Shown here piece after piece: positions 51,769-64,000 of a stretch of 64,000 nucleotides of DNA. The notes beneath the pieces are model-generated. The model was given only the letters and a program-made list of their open reading frames with translations, had not been told where the DNA came from and ran no database searches. The DNA lies in contig NW_004797603.1 in the NCBI RefSeq assembly GCF_000002075.1, positions 232,250 through 296,249 of the forward strand, written 5' to 3'. The position numbers and the translations under genes are program-made. This DNA comes from Aplysia californica (lineage: Eukaryota). Numbering within the stretch: position 1 is the stretch's first letter; every line of letters starts with the position of its first letter.

Positions 51769-54576
51769 CCCCCCCCAAACCCAAACAAATGCACAAGGAA
51801 CTTCACCAGTTTCCTCCAGTCTGTCTCTGTTGTTACCACATTGACAGAGATATGAGAGTGAAAAGAGGAAAAAAATAGTGAGCTATTTTTAGAAATGATT
51901 ATGTTAAGTTTACACCACCTTGGACCAGGCTAAAAAGTCAACAGAGAACACCTTACGAGTCACTGGCCACGCTAAAAATAACATAACTCAACCCGAATGC
52001 CCAGAACGAGGGAAGACAGCAGTGGAGACTGGGGCTGGACTCTTGCCCCACATCACACAAGACCCCCCCACCCCCCCAGTGAGCGAGAGAGAGAGAGAGG
52101 GAAACAAATATAAAAATACAAGGCAGGAGGAGAGACACAGCACACAAAAGTAAGACAGCAAGACATGATGAAGGAGGTAAGAAGTACTAGACCGGATAGT
52201 GATGTGACTAAGAGAGGTCAAAATACAAGATGTCGTCAACGATAGACAGAGAAACCAGAGGCAAGCAAAAGACGCGTACAGCGAGGTGGAGATACGAGAC
52301 AACGAGTAAATGTAGGGCAGAAGATAGTGGTGAAGGTGGACACAAGACTGTCCCCTTTTTTTAAATGCACCCCGCATAATTTACCAAAATTTGATTCATG
52401 TTTTGCAAAATTTCTGATTATTTTCCTTTATCATTCTTTGTTAAAATCAACAGAATCGCATAATTTCACATTTTTCGGCTCAGTTTGCATAATTTCAGAA
52501 TTTTTCTTGCATAAAACAAGAAGGACAGACAAGACAAACAGAAACGTGACAGTAATAGATGCGGAATAAACACCAGAGGCCAGACACTGCAGCCAGGGTT
52601 TACTGGTGAAGTGTACAAGAAATAACAAACGCGTGAATCTAAAACCCAACTGAAAACACCTTTTCTCCACAGTTCATCGAGTAAAAATACCACAGAGAGC
52701 AATTTGTCCAAAGGTCAGTATAAAACAGTTGAATAAAGCAAAAGAATTTCTACTCATGACCATAATATAAGATTTGCTTGCAAGGAGATTTATTACTACA
52801 AAAAGTATGAGATGATGGATTCATGAACCAGTCTAAGAAAAAAAAAAAAATGGAGCAAAGAACTCCAGCACTCACAGAAAAGACTGGTACTGACAATCAA
52901 TGTGACTCAAAAGAAGACAGCGAACCCGGCATCAACATGAGCCAAGTACCGTGCCCCACCCGAAGCATCCCATGCAAACAAACAACACAAAAGCAGGAAA
53001 AAAACAAAACAAAAAACCCCCCAACAATTACATGGCAGGTTCTAGTCGCAATTACCTCTTGGAAAAAACACATAAAGACACCCATCTATCAAAAAGTTCA
53101 GTTAGCCAAGATTTTTAGAGGACCACAAAAGGAGAGGGGGGAAACAGAATAAATACCATATTCCCATTCAAAACTTGACACAATTTCATGCGAGGCATGG
53201 TTGTATCATCGGGAGTAGAAACTTGGTTCAAGAACCCACATTTCCCCCCCGTTTCCCAGTGGAGAGGAGGGCAGGTCCCTCGTGAGTGCAGAGTGAGAAG
53301 CCAAAGGACACAACTTGGGGTATAGCATTTTCCCTATATATGAAATAACTGCATCATCACACTACTTTGTTTGCTATCATGGATAAATAACCCTTCTGCC
53401 ATGAGATTATGATTCCCTGCCCTTCCAAGCCAATACAATGTCCAAACCCTGGCAGCCGCTAACAGTTAGTAGTAACTTTTAAATATTGTAAAATACAGAT
53501 CAACACGACGTACTGATGTCACATACTGTACTTGAAACATCACACAAAACACAAGTCCGGCTCAAACAAATAAGTGAATATGAATAACAACTTGTAAAAT
53601 CTCAACAAGGGGGGCACTAAAGACCCTAAAACTGTTTCTCGCACACAATATCTCATGAAGCTCTGACCAACTCGTTTCTTTTTTACCTCTCAGGGAAAAC
53701 TAAAAAACAAACGGATCGTTTTTGTGAAACATCAAAATTGTGTGCCTAATCATTCCTAAGGCAGATCCTGCCCCTCTTGTTCCAACCCTAGCCCTGACTG
53801 CAAACACAAACAAAAATCACATTTATGGCAAAACTGAAAACAACAACATCAAAATCATTTCACAAATGAAAGTGGCTCTTCGTGAGCAGAAAGGTCTGCC
53901 CACACCAGCCTCATCATGGCCAAGCTTGTCGGAGACTACAGAACCACAATAATCTCACCGTGCGACCATGTACGCATGCATGCATTAAAAAAAAGTAATG
54001 AAACGTATTATCAGCTGAAACCTACATTGGAAGTTACTCAAAATGATTGCCGCTGCTTGAAATAGGTGTACCTACAAAATAACCCTGGCGAAGCAATGAT
54101 TTACTACGGAAAATGTTACTCACAAAAAGCAACATAATAAAGAAGAACATAGACATAGTTGAAATGACTTACTCATCAATAACAGTTATTTTTTAACATA
54201 AGAATTTTTCTCATCTAAGAAGAAATTGTCGCGCAGATTTTAAGGTCATACGCCATTCCGAAGACCCACCCACAACATTCTGTTATTACGTTCAGCTTTT
54301 CATGAGGACAACCCACCCCAGCTGGAATATATCACCAGCAACAAAACCACAGTGAAAAACATCAGAATGTTCGCATTCTAGGCATCATACATGAAAAAAA
54401 CCCAGCAACTAATCTTCACTAAACACAACAATATACCCTTAAACTATCGGGAAGGAAAAAAAATTGTAACGAAGAACATGTAACTCACGACTCAAAATAA
54501 AACAGCTCAATAATTTAGCTAGTAGGTGACTGCAAGTACCACCCCCGTTACCCCCCAAACTAGCCAGCGCTAGCGG

Positions 54577-57500
54577 TTAGTCTATATCCATCTCCTGCTC
54601 GGGGTCTTTGGTCCCGTCGGCAGCCGGCTGTGACTTCTCGCTGTTGTTCTGGTCGGCCTCGGGGTTAGCCGCCGCCTCCTTCTTCTCCTCCTTGGGCGGG
54701 TCCACTTTTGGCTTGGGCTTGTTCATGATGGGCAGACACGTGTTCTCCAGCACCTGTCAAAGTGGTGAAATGGTACAGGTTTAATGCCACTATATCAACG
54801 CTGTTAAGTTATTTTAGAGGCAGGACCTCAGAGTTTAACGTCCAGCACCTGTCAAAGTGGTGAAATGGTACAGGTTTAACGCCACTATATCGACGCTAAT
54901 AGGTTATTTCAAAAGTGGGACCTCAGAGTTTAACGTCCAGAGGCGAGGACCTCAGAGTTTAACATCCATCCCCGGGGAAAAAAAAAATGTTGAAATGGTA
55001 TAGGTTTGACCACTATCACCACTTAGGTAATTTCAAAGGCGGGACCTCCAAGTTTAACGTCCATCTCCGAAAAAAAATATGTTGAAATGGTATGGGTTTA
55101 ACGACCTTATCAACACTGTTAGGTTATTTTAGAGGCAGGACCTCAGAGTGTAACGTCCATCTCCGAAAAAATATATGTTGAAATGGTACAGGTTTAACGC
55201 CAATATCAACATTGATAGGTTATTTTAGAGACTGGATCTCCGAATTTAACATTCATCTACGAAAAAAGATATGATGAAATGGTATACATTTAACGGCCCC
55301 CTCTACACTGTTCAGTTATTTTAGGAGGCGGGACCTCCGAGTTTAATGTCCATCTCTGAAAATACCAAGCCAAGAGGGGAAAATCATGCAAGGTGTCTTT
55401 CCCAAGAACAAAACGTTGGACCGAACTGAGGTTCAAACCCCCGAACCCGCACTCTCACGATTGCGAGTCCAGCAGCCTAACCACTAGGCCACCGATGCCA
55501 CCCAGCACATGTTGGGACAAACAGACGGACAATAAGAACCACACCGGAAGTGGATTTCCCCATCATCTTACCTGGGACAGCTTACAGTTTTTTTTCAAAT
55601 TCCCGGATCTTGGCAATTTTGTTAAAATTCCCAGGACCTGGCAGTTAAAATCCCACTCAACTATTGATCATATCTGATCAACTTCTCCGAGTAACACTCT
55701 ATGATTCCTCATTTTTCAAAACTGCGAATGGCTGACTCTTACACTAAGCAGGCCATATTTTGTGGAATAGGGCACAAGTTTCAGAGCAATGAGGAAATTT
55801 TAAGACATGAATAGTTAGAAAATTGAATTCCTAATTTATTGTTTGTATGGCGAGTCACTTCACCATATTTTTAAGGAAAAAAAAGTCTGCATTTGGCAAT
55901 ACTCAGGGGAAAAACAAAAAAACGTAACGCCAACTGCTCTCTGCATAACTGACCTGATGGTGCAGGGAGAGAGTAAGCAATCGCATGGCTGCTGGTACAT
56001 CACACAGCAAAATAAGTAAGTTAGTTGCACTCCCCTTTCTCTCTCCACACATACAGTAGACAAACATTAAGTACTGCTATTTCTTTTGCATAATAAGTAT
56101 TGCTGAAAGCTAACCNNNNNNNNNNNNNNNNNNNNNNNNNNNNNNNNNNNNNNNNNNNNNNNNNNNNNNNNNNNNNNNNNNNNNNNNNNNNNNNNNNNNN
56201 NNNNNNNNNNNNNNNCCAAATCGCATGGCTGCTGGTACATCACACATTTGTATGAAAACACCAACTCTAAGTCAAGTTTTTGTACGAGTTTTACGACAAT
56301 TGCATCAAAATTCAGTCATATCAATGCCGAAGATTAGGTGCGTTACAAAAGAGTAACATACAAAAAAAAAAAAAAAAGGAGTAATCAGGATGATACATGT
56401 TTGATAGCAAAGAAGGAGCAAACCACACCAGAGCATCCGCCAACTATCAACAAAAGGATAACACCATGCCTACACCCTAGACACTCAACACACATAAGCG
56501 TCAATTAATTTCATCAGTACTTTTAAAAAGTAAGAATCCTTCATCTTTTCCAAGATTTCTGATCTTAAGTCAGATACTAATAAAAGGATGCTAACAAAGC
56601 TCTATCAACCATTTCACATCACAGACAACTGCATTGCAGATTTGCCAACTTTTTCCAAACTCAACCAGGGACATTCAACATAAATGGATGGTCACTTCAC
56701 TAAAACAAACAGAAACAGCTCACAAACACCTGTAAAAGAGTTCACAATTCAGCTAAAATGTATTTCCCGATGGCCAAATCTTGGGACTGTCCCCAGGAAA
56801 ACTGGGACAGTTGGCAAGTCTGGTATTAGTTAAACAATCCAGCCTGGACAGAAAAAAATGAAAGAAGAACAAGTCCCTCCCTTCCTCACCTGTTTCTCTG
56901 ATCTGACTTGAGAGGCCAGCACCACGGGATTCTCGTGAGGTTTCAGCTGAGCCATCTGCGTCATGCGGTGGCCGAACCAGTTGGACTTCTCCGTGAGGAG
57001 TTTCTCCACCTTGTCCACGTCAGCCTTCTCTATGTGGTTGTATTTCTCATCCTGCGGGAGAAGAAAATAGGAATGGCATCATCACCTGATGAGACTCAAT
57101 TAAACTTATTTACTTACTCTCTCCCGGTGCTGTCAGACAAATTAGGCAGAGAGAGCAGTTGCCGTCACGCTTTTGTCCCTAGCCACTTCCTCTAACCTTG
57201 GCATATCTAGGCCCTCGGCAATACCTGATAGGGCAATCTTGTCTCCTGCACTCTTGAAACACCATTATGTTACATGTTTAAAGACCCTTTTCCACACAGA
57301 ACAATAAGTTAAGAGGATGGGCATAAAACTTAAGATCCATTTCTGATAAAACACTGCCAAGAAAATTCCACGGCTAACAAAAGTTCCAAATTATTTCACT
57401 GGACTCTTTGAACATAACTATTCAACTTGACGTATCAAACCCCCTCTCTCCCCACACATAGAGTAGACAAACTTACACACCCCTTTTCCCCCACACATAC

Positions 57501-59617
57501 AACACATAAACTTGCACACCATAGACACTTACGTTCTGAGCCCTCACAAGCTTACACTCCTCTTTCTGTCTCCACACTTACAGTACACAAACTTACACTC
57601 CCCTGTCTCTCTCCACACACAAATGGTTGACAAACTTACAATCCCCCTGTCTCTCTCCACACACATACAGTTGACAAACTTACAATCCCCTGTCTCTCTC
57701 CACACACATACAGTACACAAACTTACACTCCCCTGTCTCTCTCCACACACATACAGTACACAAACTTACAATCCCCTGTCTCTCTCCACACACATACAGT
57801 ACACAAACTTACAATCCCCTGTCTCTCTCCACACACATACAGTACACAAACTTACAATCCCCTGTCTCTCTCCACACATACAGTACACAAACTTACACTC
57901 CCCTTTCTTTCCTCACACACAGTAGACAAACTTACGTTCTGAGCCCACTGGTCCAGGAACTTGCGCACCAGCTGTATGGAGGAACCCATGGCGTCCCGGA
58001 CTGCAGGCCACTCCTGAGCCTCACGGTAGCGGTCAGCTACCGGCTGACCAGTTTGCTGACAGACAAAAAAAAATAAGATAAAGTTATGGCTCTGTGGGCA
58101 CACTTCACCCGTTAAATAGTCTTTTTTTGCACAGGAGGGGGCACAAGCCAATCAACCACACTGCAGTCCAAACTTAGGAGAAAGCTTTTTCAAAATATTT
58201 ATTCAAATCCGTCTACAGCCCTACCTCCACACCCCGATTTGCAAGGTTTAACTATGATTTTCAAAGTGTACGAGAAAACTTAAAATGCTGTCACACGAAG
58301 CAGGATTTCCCAGTCCCCACCAGCTTCTTTCACATTCAAAAGAAAAGGGACCTACCAGTGGTGCTCTCCAACCACCCACAACTATAAGTTCATTACATCA
58401 GAAGAATAACAAGAGGGAAAAAAATAAGAAAACAATAAACACACCCCACCCCCCAAAATAAACCCAAACAAACCCAGGCAGTGAGGCCCTTACCTTCAGC
58501 TCTGCCAGTTTATCGATGTAGACCTGCTTGTTCTGGTCCTCACCCTCCTCATACAGCCAGTTCTCTGTGTCTTCCAGTTTCAGCGAGAACGAACTGCGGT
58601 CCTGTCCACAGAAAGATTCTATGTGTACATCATCGGCACATAAACAGTTTCACACACACACCAACAACAAACCAAACCATCTTGACGTACATTTCCACAC
58701 ATTAACCAATTCTAAAACTTTTCATGTAAATAAGTTTTTGCCACCCCCCTTCCAAAAACCAAAAACAATTAAATATGAAAGCTTATCATTGCATATTATT
58801 TTTCAAGATGGCGTAGGGCAGTCTTACACTAAGCAGTCGATATGGTCTTCCATCGCCAGACTTATTTGCTATAAAAAGTGGGAGCTTAAGTCAACCAGGA
58901 TGATAAAATGACATCTTTGATAAAAATCAACAAATAGCCCAGCCAAGGAGGCTGTAGAGTATAGGACAAGGGACAACAGGAATTCATTAAAAGTAAAACC
59001 AGGATTCACCAATCTCTTATCATTGACAACTGAATGCACATACCAATGTTCTACAGAAAATTACAGTGGGAATGCGGTGTTTTAACTCTGCTGAATACTT
59101 TATGGTCCCTCTATTATTCACCAAATGTGACCATAAGATTTACAAAAGACTACGACAATGTTACTCACATCCTCTGTGATGTAGTTTTCAAAAGTACTGT
59201 ACAATTTATCCCTCATTTCATAAACATATTCTTCCACAGCATTCTTTGCATCTGCCCTCTCTTTCTCCATTTTGTCCTGCATCACCATTTGATTCTGCGA
59301 ACCAAAAGAGAAAAAAATAATAATTGAGACAGGCATGTTATGACAGTCTACAGATACACAAAAATACGACCACCCAACTTACAATGATCGCATGTCACCA
59401 TTAAAGAAATACCTTAGCATGCTCAATATCAGCCTTAAATGGTATGAATCAAGGGTAAAGCACATGAGTATTAGCCTATGGACAACGGGGCTGGTGTAAC
59501 AATGCTAATTACAGTAATAGTAATAAATACATTATTGTGTGCAAGATAAATGCACCACGTAATTCAGTTACATTAAATTGGGGAAACTTTTTTACTTTTC
59601 ACTTTTATTGATTGATT

Positions 59618-59689
<72 letters not shown>

Positions 59690-62600
59690 TTTAATATTGG
59701 CTTATCTTTCTTTTTTCAAAATAGGAAGGGTAAAAAATCTGAAATCAGAAGAAACCTGAAACATTTACATCCCTGACATATAATCGCTTACAACACATTA
59801 CGTCATATAAATGCCGAAGACTCTAGTTACAAGTGAGTAACAAACTTTTTAAAAAAGGAAGGTAGCAAAGGACGACAGCAAATGGTAACAGAAGAAGCAA
59901 ACCACACCGGAGTGCCTACCAACCACCCGCACCATGTTTGCAATCCTAATACTGACCAGTAAGATATATATATATGTCTGGACAAGAGACAAAACACAAA
60001 AACCCACTAGGGAAAAATCCTCAACAATTTTGAGGCCATACAAAAATAATATTTTTATGGTGATTTTATTCTCTCAATACAATATACAAGAGCAAGTTTT
60101 GATTTGCTGCCAGTTCTCACCTCTTTCTCAGTCAGATTATTCAAATCTGTTTTGGACAACTGGTAGACCTTGGACTCCACAAGAAGGTCGATCGTTTTTA
60201 CCGTCTTTTTCGTCTTCTTGCCTGACTTCTTGTCTCCTTCCTGCAGAAGTCAAAGTCAGAACAATAATGCATTACTTTGATGTGTAACAAAACAATACCA
60301 CAATACTTTAGAGTATAACAAAACCAAACCACATAAGTTTGATGCATAACAAAACAATATCACCTTACTTTGATATGATATGTAACAAAGCAATACCACC
60401 TTACTTTGAAGCACAACAAAAAAATACCACAATACTTCAGCATATAACAAACAATACCACCTTACTTTGATAAGTAACAAATCAATACCACAATACTTCA
60501 GCACATAAAAAAACAATACCACCTTACTTTGATAAGTAACAAATCAATACCACAATACTTCAGTACATAACAAAACAATACCACCTTACTTTGATAAGTA
60601 ACAAATCAATACCACAATACTTCAAAGCGTAGCAACACGTTTTACTTTTATAACAAGCACAAAGTTGACCAAAAACAAAAGTAGTTAACAACTGATCAGC
60701 ATCCACACAATCCGTGGATCTACTAGACTCGACAATGTCCGTACCTGAGAGTTCCCATCCCCAGATTTCTCTTGTGAGTTCTGCTGTTCCCCACTGCTGC
60801 TCTCTTCCATGTTCTGCTGGTCACTCGACTGCTCCATTTCAGAAGCGCTCTGACAGAGTAAAAACCATTTGAAGTTTTCAGCAAATTCTGACAAAATATG
60901 AATTACAGCTGAAGCTGTCTGAGATGGCGGCCTATCATTGCTCAGGAGAAAAGTGTCAGACTTACAGTGTCATAACGTTTTAGTTTAGTTTCAGTAGAGA
61001 GTAGAGGTTTAACGGCGCTCGCAACTGCATAAGGTCATATGAGCGCCAGAAGATTAGAGGTTTACAAAAGAGTATCAAACTCAAAAAAGAAGGGAAGATA
61101 AGGACAATAGATGTTTGATAGGAAAGAAGGAGCATATCACACATGAGCACCTGCCAACCACCCACATCATAACGTTTATTTTTTTTAAATATTTTTTTTT
61201 AATTAAAAAAAAAAACAACAAAAAAACCCACCAACGCAAGAAAGGAAAAGGGAATGGGCTATTGGAACAGGTGATTGTCTTATACAGGTGGCCGCCAGAG
61301 CAGGTTCAAACTGTATTCAAGCCACACTAAGTTCATAACCAAAATAAAAAAACCTTTAGGACACTCCGAATCCCGACAAACCGAGAACAGTTTCTTCAGC
61401 AGGGAGGTCTATACAATAAGTTCTAGAGCTGTGAGGAGTTCTGACAGTACAAAAGACATATTTAGAGTTCCAGCTTTCTTTTAAAAGAGAAAATAACTTA
61501 CGCAACATTTCTATGGTAACTTCCGTTTTCAATACATTCTCACCGAGACTCCAAGTACATAAGATACATTTCGAGTCCCAATGTTCATCAAAAAGATAAA
61601 ACAACGTCCACAATTTTTCTCCTGTGACCTATATGCAAACGATACTCACTGAAACCCAACAAAGCGAGCCAATACAAAAGTGAATATTCTCACACATACA
61701 TGAGCCGTTTCCACAAATGGCGTAATCAACTTCTGGGGGTTCCCAGATAAAGTTGTTATTCGAATAAAACCATCAAGGAACACGGTACAATATTCAATTA
61801 TTGTTTTATTTCCTTCCCATTTTGTAACCGAAAAAAAATAACGAGTGGCAAAGCCATGGTTCTGGTTTAAGTGCTCTTTCTTTTGTTTTTCTCTTCAAAC
61901 TTTCTCAAAACTTCAAACAAAACTTAAGTGCTTATGAGAACAATGAAGTCGATGATATACTTCTACAGCAACAACTTTATCGATCCTCACCTGGTCTCCG
62001 TTCACCTGAGACGCGTCCCCACTGCTGGCTTCTTTCTTCTTCGCATCCTCGCCATCCACCTCCATGCTGTCCTTCCCCTCCTCTTCCTCCTCCGCACCCT
62101 CCAGCTTCTCGTACATACTGGCCGAGATGATGCGAAACACGCCGTGGCTGTCCACCCTGACCTTCACCTTCACCTTGGAACTCTCCCCATTGGTTTGAGC
62201 GACGATGTCGTTGATTTTGAACTCTCCTGAAAAAAGGAAACAAAGGCTCAAATGACAGCTATCCTAAGGTCTTTTTCATGCTTTTCCCCCATCACAGAAG
62301 GCTACACTGCCTGATAAACTACAATTTTGACAAATCCTTCGACCAACTCATTTTGCAGGCCCAACACACACCAAATAGTTCCAATGTAAAGTAACAAAAG
62401 ACTGCAATAGAGGATTTACCACTGCCGCGAGTAAAAGGCCAATATTTTTTAAACAAACACTAAGCGCTCTACATATATACATTCAAAATTGTCCGAGATG
62501 GACACCCTCTGTCAAGGAGAAAACTGGTTGTCTTAGACAGTGCCATTACTAAAATAAAAATTCAAGAGAGAAAACAGATAGAAAGTGGTTTTTGGTGAGG

Positions 62601-63657
62601 GCAATCGCCTTGGACAGGCATCTGATATAGCAGGTTTGACTGTACCCCACCAGACTATATTTTTACACTCAAAGGCCACGAAAACCATTCAGAAAAGAAA
62701 TTTATACCTTTACTTATGTCTAAAAGAAGATCATTCCAACAACATTTTTGTTGCTACATCACATCATCATCTAAACACATCAAATGGGGGCAAAGTGTTC
62801 AAGTGAAGCAGACAAAAGAAAAAAAGTGCAACACCAAGTAAAAGCTTCTAAAAATCAATAGAAAGTGACCATGCAACTCACCTATATCTGTCGAGGGAAA
62901 AGGGATGTCACTCGCATTCGAGTAAGACGCAGACAAAGTGAACGGCTCCTTGCGGTAAAATGTGAGCATTTTGGAGAACGGAGCAGCGTGGAAGCGTGAG
63001 AATACTTCAAGTGAGCTGAAATGGATAAGAATATGGTTTTTTTTAAATCCCCAGGAAAACAAAATATATACTCAAAGAAAAAATGTTTCTCACGCTTTAT
63101 CCCACTTAATTCTCCACAACTGTGTAATTTTTTGGAAAAACCGCAAATCTTGATTATAATGGATAATACATGTAATTTATATTTGAAAATGTCAACTAGA
63201 TGCAATTCTGTATCAATACAGTTTTATGAGCACTGAAAACCCCTTCCCTACATCTCCAACAAATAAGATTGATGTTACTGTCATTGATCCAAGGCTTTTG
63301 TCATTTCTCCAGTATAAAAACTAATTTGTCATTTCCTAAAGTGAATGGAATCTTAGTTCTTTCTCCAATGAATGGATTTTTGCCACTTCTCCAGTGAATG
63401 GATTATTAGTCATTTCTCCAACGAGTGGCTTTAAGACGTTTCTACATGATGGTATGTATTTTCCTCCTTCTTCAATGAAAAGACTCGTTCTTTGATCTGA
63501 GAGGGAAGAAGGAAAAAAAAAGAAGGAGAAGTCACTCCAATCCCCACCTGTCTTCGTCCATCTGACTCTGGGGCTGCCAGAACAAGGACACTGGGTACGG
63601 CTGACAGTCGGTGATGCTGAAGTCTCGGACCCGGAATGTTGGCGATAGGATGGCACA
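54577..63657 (-). CDS. HSPA4: HSP110 family chaperone / nucleotide-exchange factor (HSPA4/HSPH1-like), 3' part; the gene continues beyond the window end
   Basis: Exons 63657-63548 ([17 protein letters not shown]..), 63015-62882 ([23 protein letters not shown]), 62226-61991 ([10 protein letters not shown]), 60849-60745, 60240-60121, 59294-59169 ([25 protein letters not shown]), 58601-58494 ([15 protein letters not shown]), 58055-57936, 57051-56890, 54753-54577 (..[14 protein letters not shown]). All phases are compatible. Confidence 0.95.
54747..55360. repeat. ~95-115-bp tandem array joining a SINE 3' region to the HSP110 last-exon acceptor
   Basis: Units gaaatggtacaggtttaacgcc..gttattttagaggcaggacctcagagtttaacgtcca. 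Confidence 0.85.
55290..55505 (-). mobile_element. tRNA-derived SINE with CORE-like segment
   Basis: On - strand: ggtggcctagtggttagg (A box) .. gggttcgggggtttgaacc (B-box-like) .. gttcttgggaaagacacct. Related copies at about 9530-9640 (-), 18376-18460 (+), 31336-31450 (+) and 34738-34920 (+). Confidence 0.7.
56272..56446 (-). mobile_element. Family A retro-element
   Basis: Reverse-complement copy in an HSP110 intron. Confidence 0.75.
57430..57935. repeat. 43-bp minisatellite containing the HSP110 splice donor
   Basis: cagtacacaaacttacaatcccctgtctctctccacacacata units; on - each reads GTAAGTTTGT. Confidence 0.9.
60270..60625. repeat. ~30/59-bp tandem array next to an HSP110 acceptor
   Basis: Alternating aacaataccaccttactttga and caataccacaatacttca units. 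Confidence 0.85.
60906..61313. mobile_element. Tc1/pogo-like TA-flanked MITE carrying a nested 170-bp retro-element
   Basis: tacagctgaagctgtc ... tatacaggtggccgccagagcaggttcaaactgta. Related ends at about 20163-20940, 31180-31230, 37220-37480 and 62485-62644. Confidence 0.55.
60977..61163 (-). mobile_element. Family A retro-element (GGCGCTC..GAGCGCC subfamily)
   Basis: Reverse-complement copy; hairpin at 61014-61047. Confidence 0.8.
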
Positions 63658-64000
63658 CTGGTGATTGGAACAAGGAATTTACAAATATAAGTGAACTGCA
63701 TGTAAAGGACACTCTTGAAATGGGAAAAGCTAAACGCATACTACAAATACGACCAGCAAAATGTGGCGAACTTTAGGTTTTCAAAGGATTTGAGATCATA
63801 ATTTACTTTCATAGATCAATTTTGAGACCCTCTTAAACTTTAATGGCAGGCATACCATTAACCCTAATTGTAAAATTTAAAAAATAAGTTGCAGGCAAGT
63901 TTTCATTTCTTTGTGTATATAGGTGGAGTCTGTGTGTGTGTTAAATTTATTTCTATACACTTCTTCTTCGAAGACCAAACGCTGACAACACCCTCTATGA

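Noticed and set aside
56637-56822. Small element with CAGA(T/C)TTGCCAACT inverted ends
   Set aside because: A plausible MITE, but no convincing TSD, so it was not called as a feature.
57085-57110. CTGATGAG suggesting a hammerhead ribozyme
   Set aside because: No GAAA core or compatible stems nearby.

Overview
Eukaryotic (animal) draft-assembly window, AT-rich, dense in microsatellites, with many N gaps. The repeat landscape suggests a gastropod mollusc (inference). Five protein-coding loci can be reconstructed by hand: (1) an intronless UDP-glycosyltransferase (+, 2749-4305) with non-canonical active-site residues; (2) the first coding exon of an LRR protein (+, 14935-15282) whose other exons are not visible; (3) a 3-exon, 75-aa potato inhibitor I / eglin-c family protease inhibitor (-, 18132-21970) that the ORF track misses; (4) TMEM165/GDT1 (+, 27381-38130, 7 coding exons, 328 aa), head-to-head with the inhibitor; (5) the 3' ten exons of an HSP110/HSPA4 gene (-, 54577-63657), convergent with TMEM165. 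Non-coding DNA holds hAT, piggyBac and Tc1/mariner-type MITEs, tRNA/CORE-type SINEs, RTE fragments and about 20 copies of a ~170-bp retro-element with a covarying 3' hairpin. The most notable patterns are tandem arrays and duplications seeded on splice junctions in three genes, a strong sense-strand bias of the 170-bp element, and the His->Asn and Gln->Met substitutions in the UGT.
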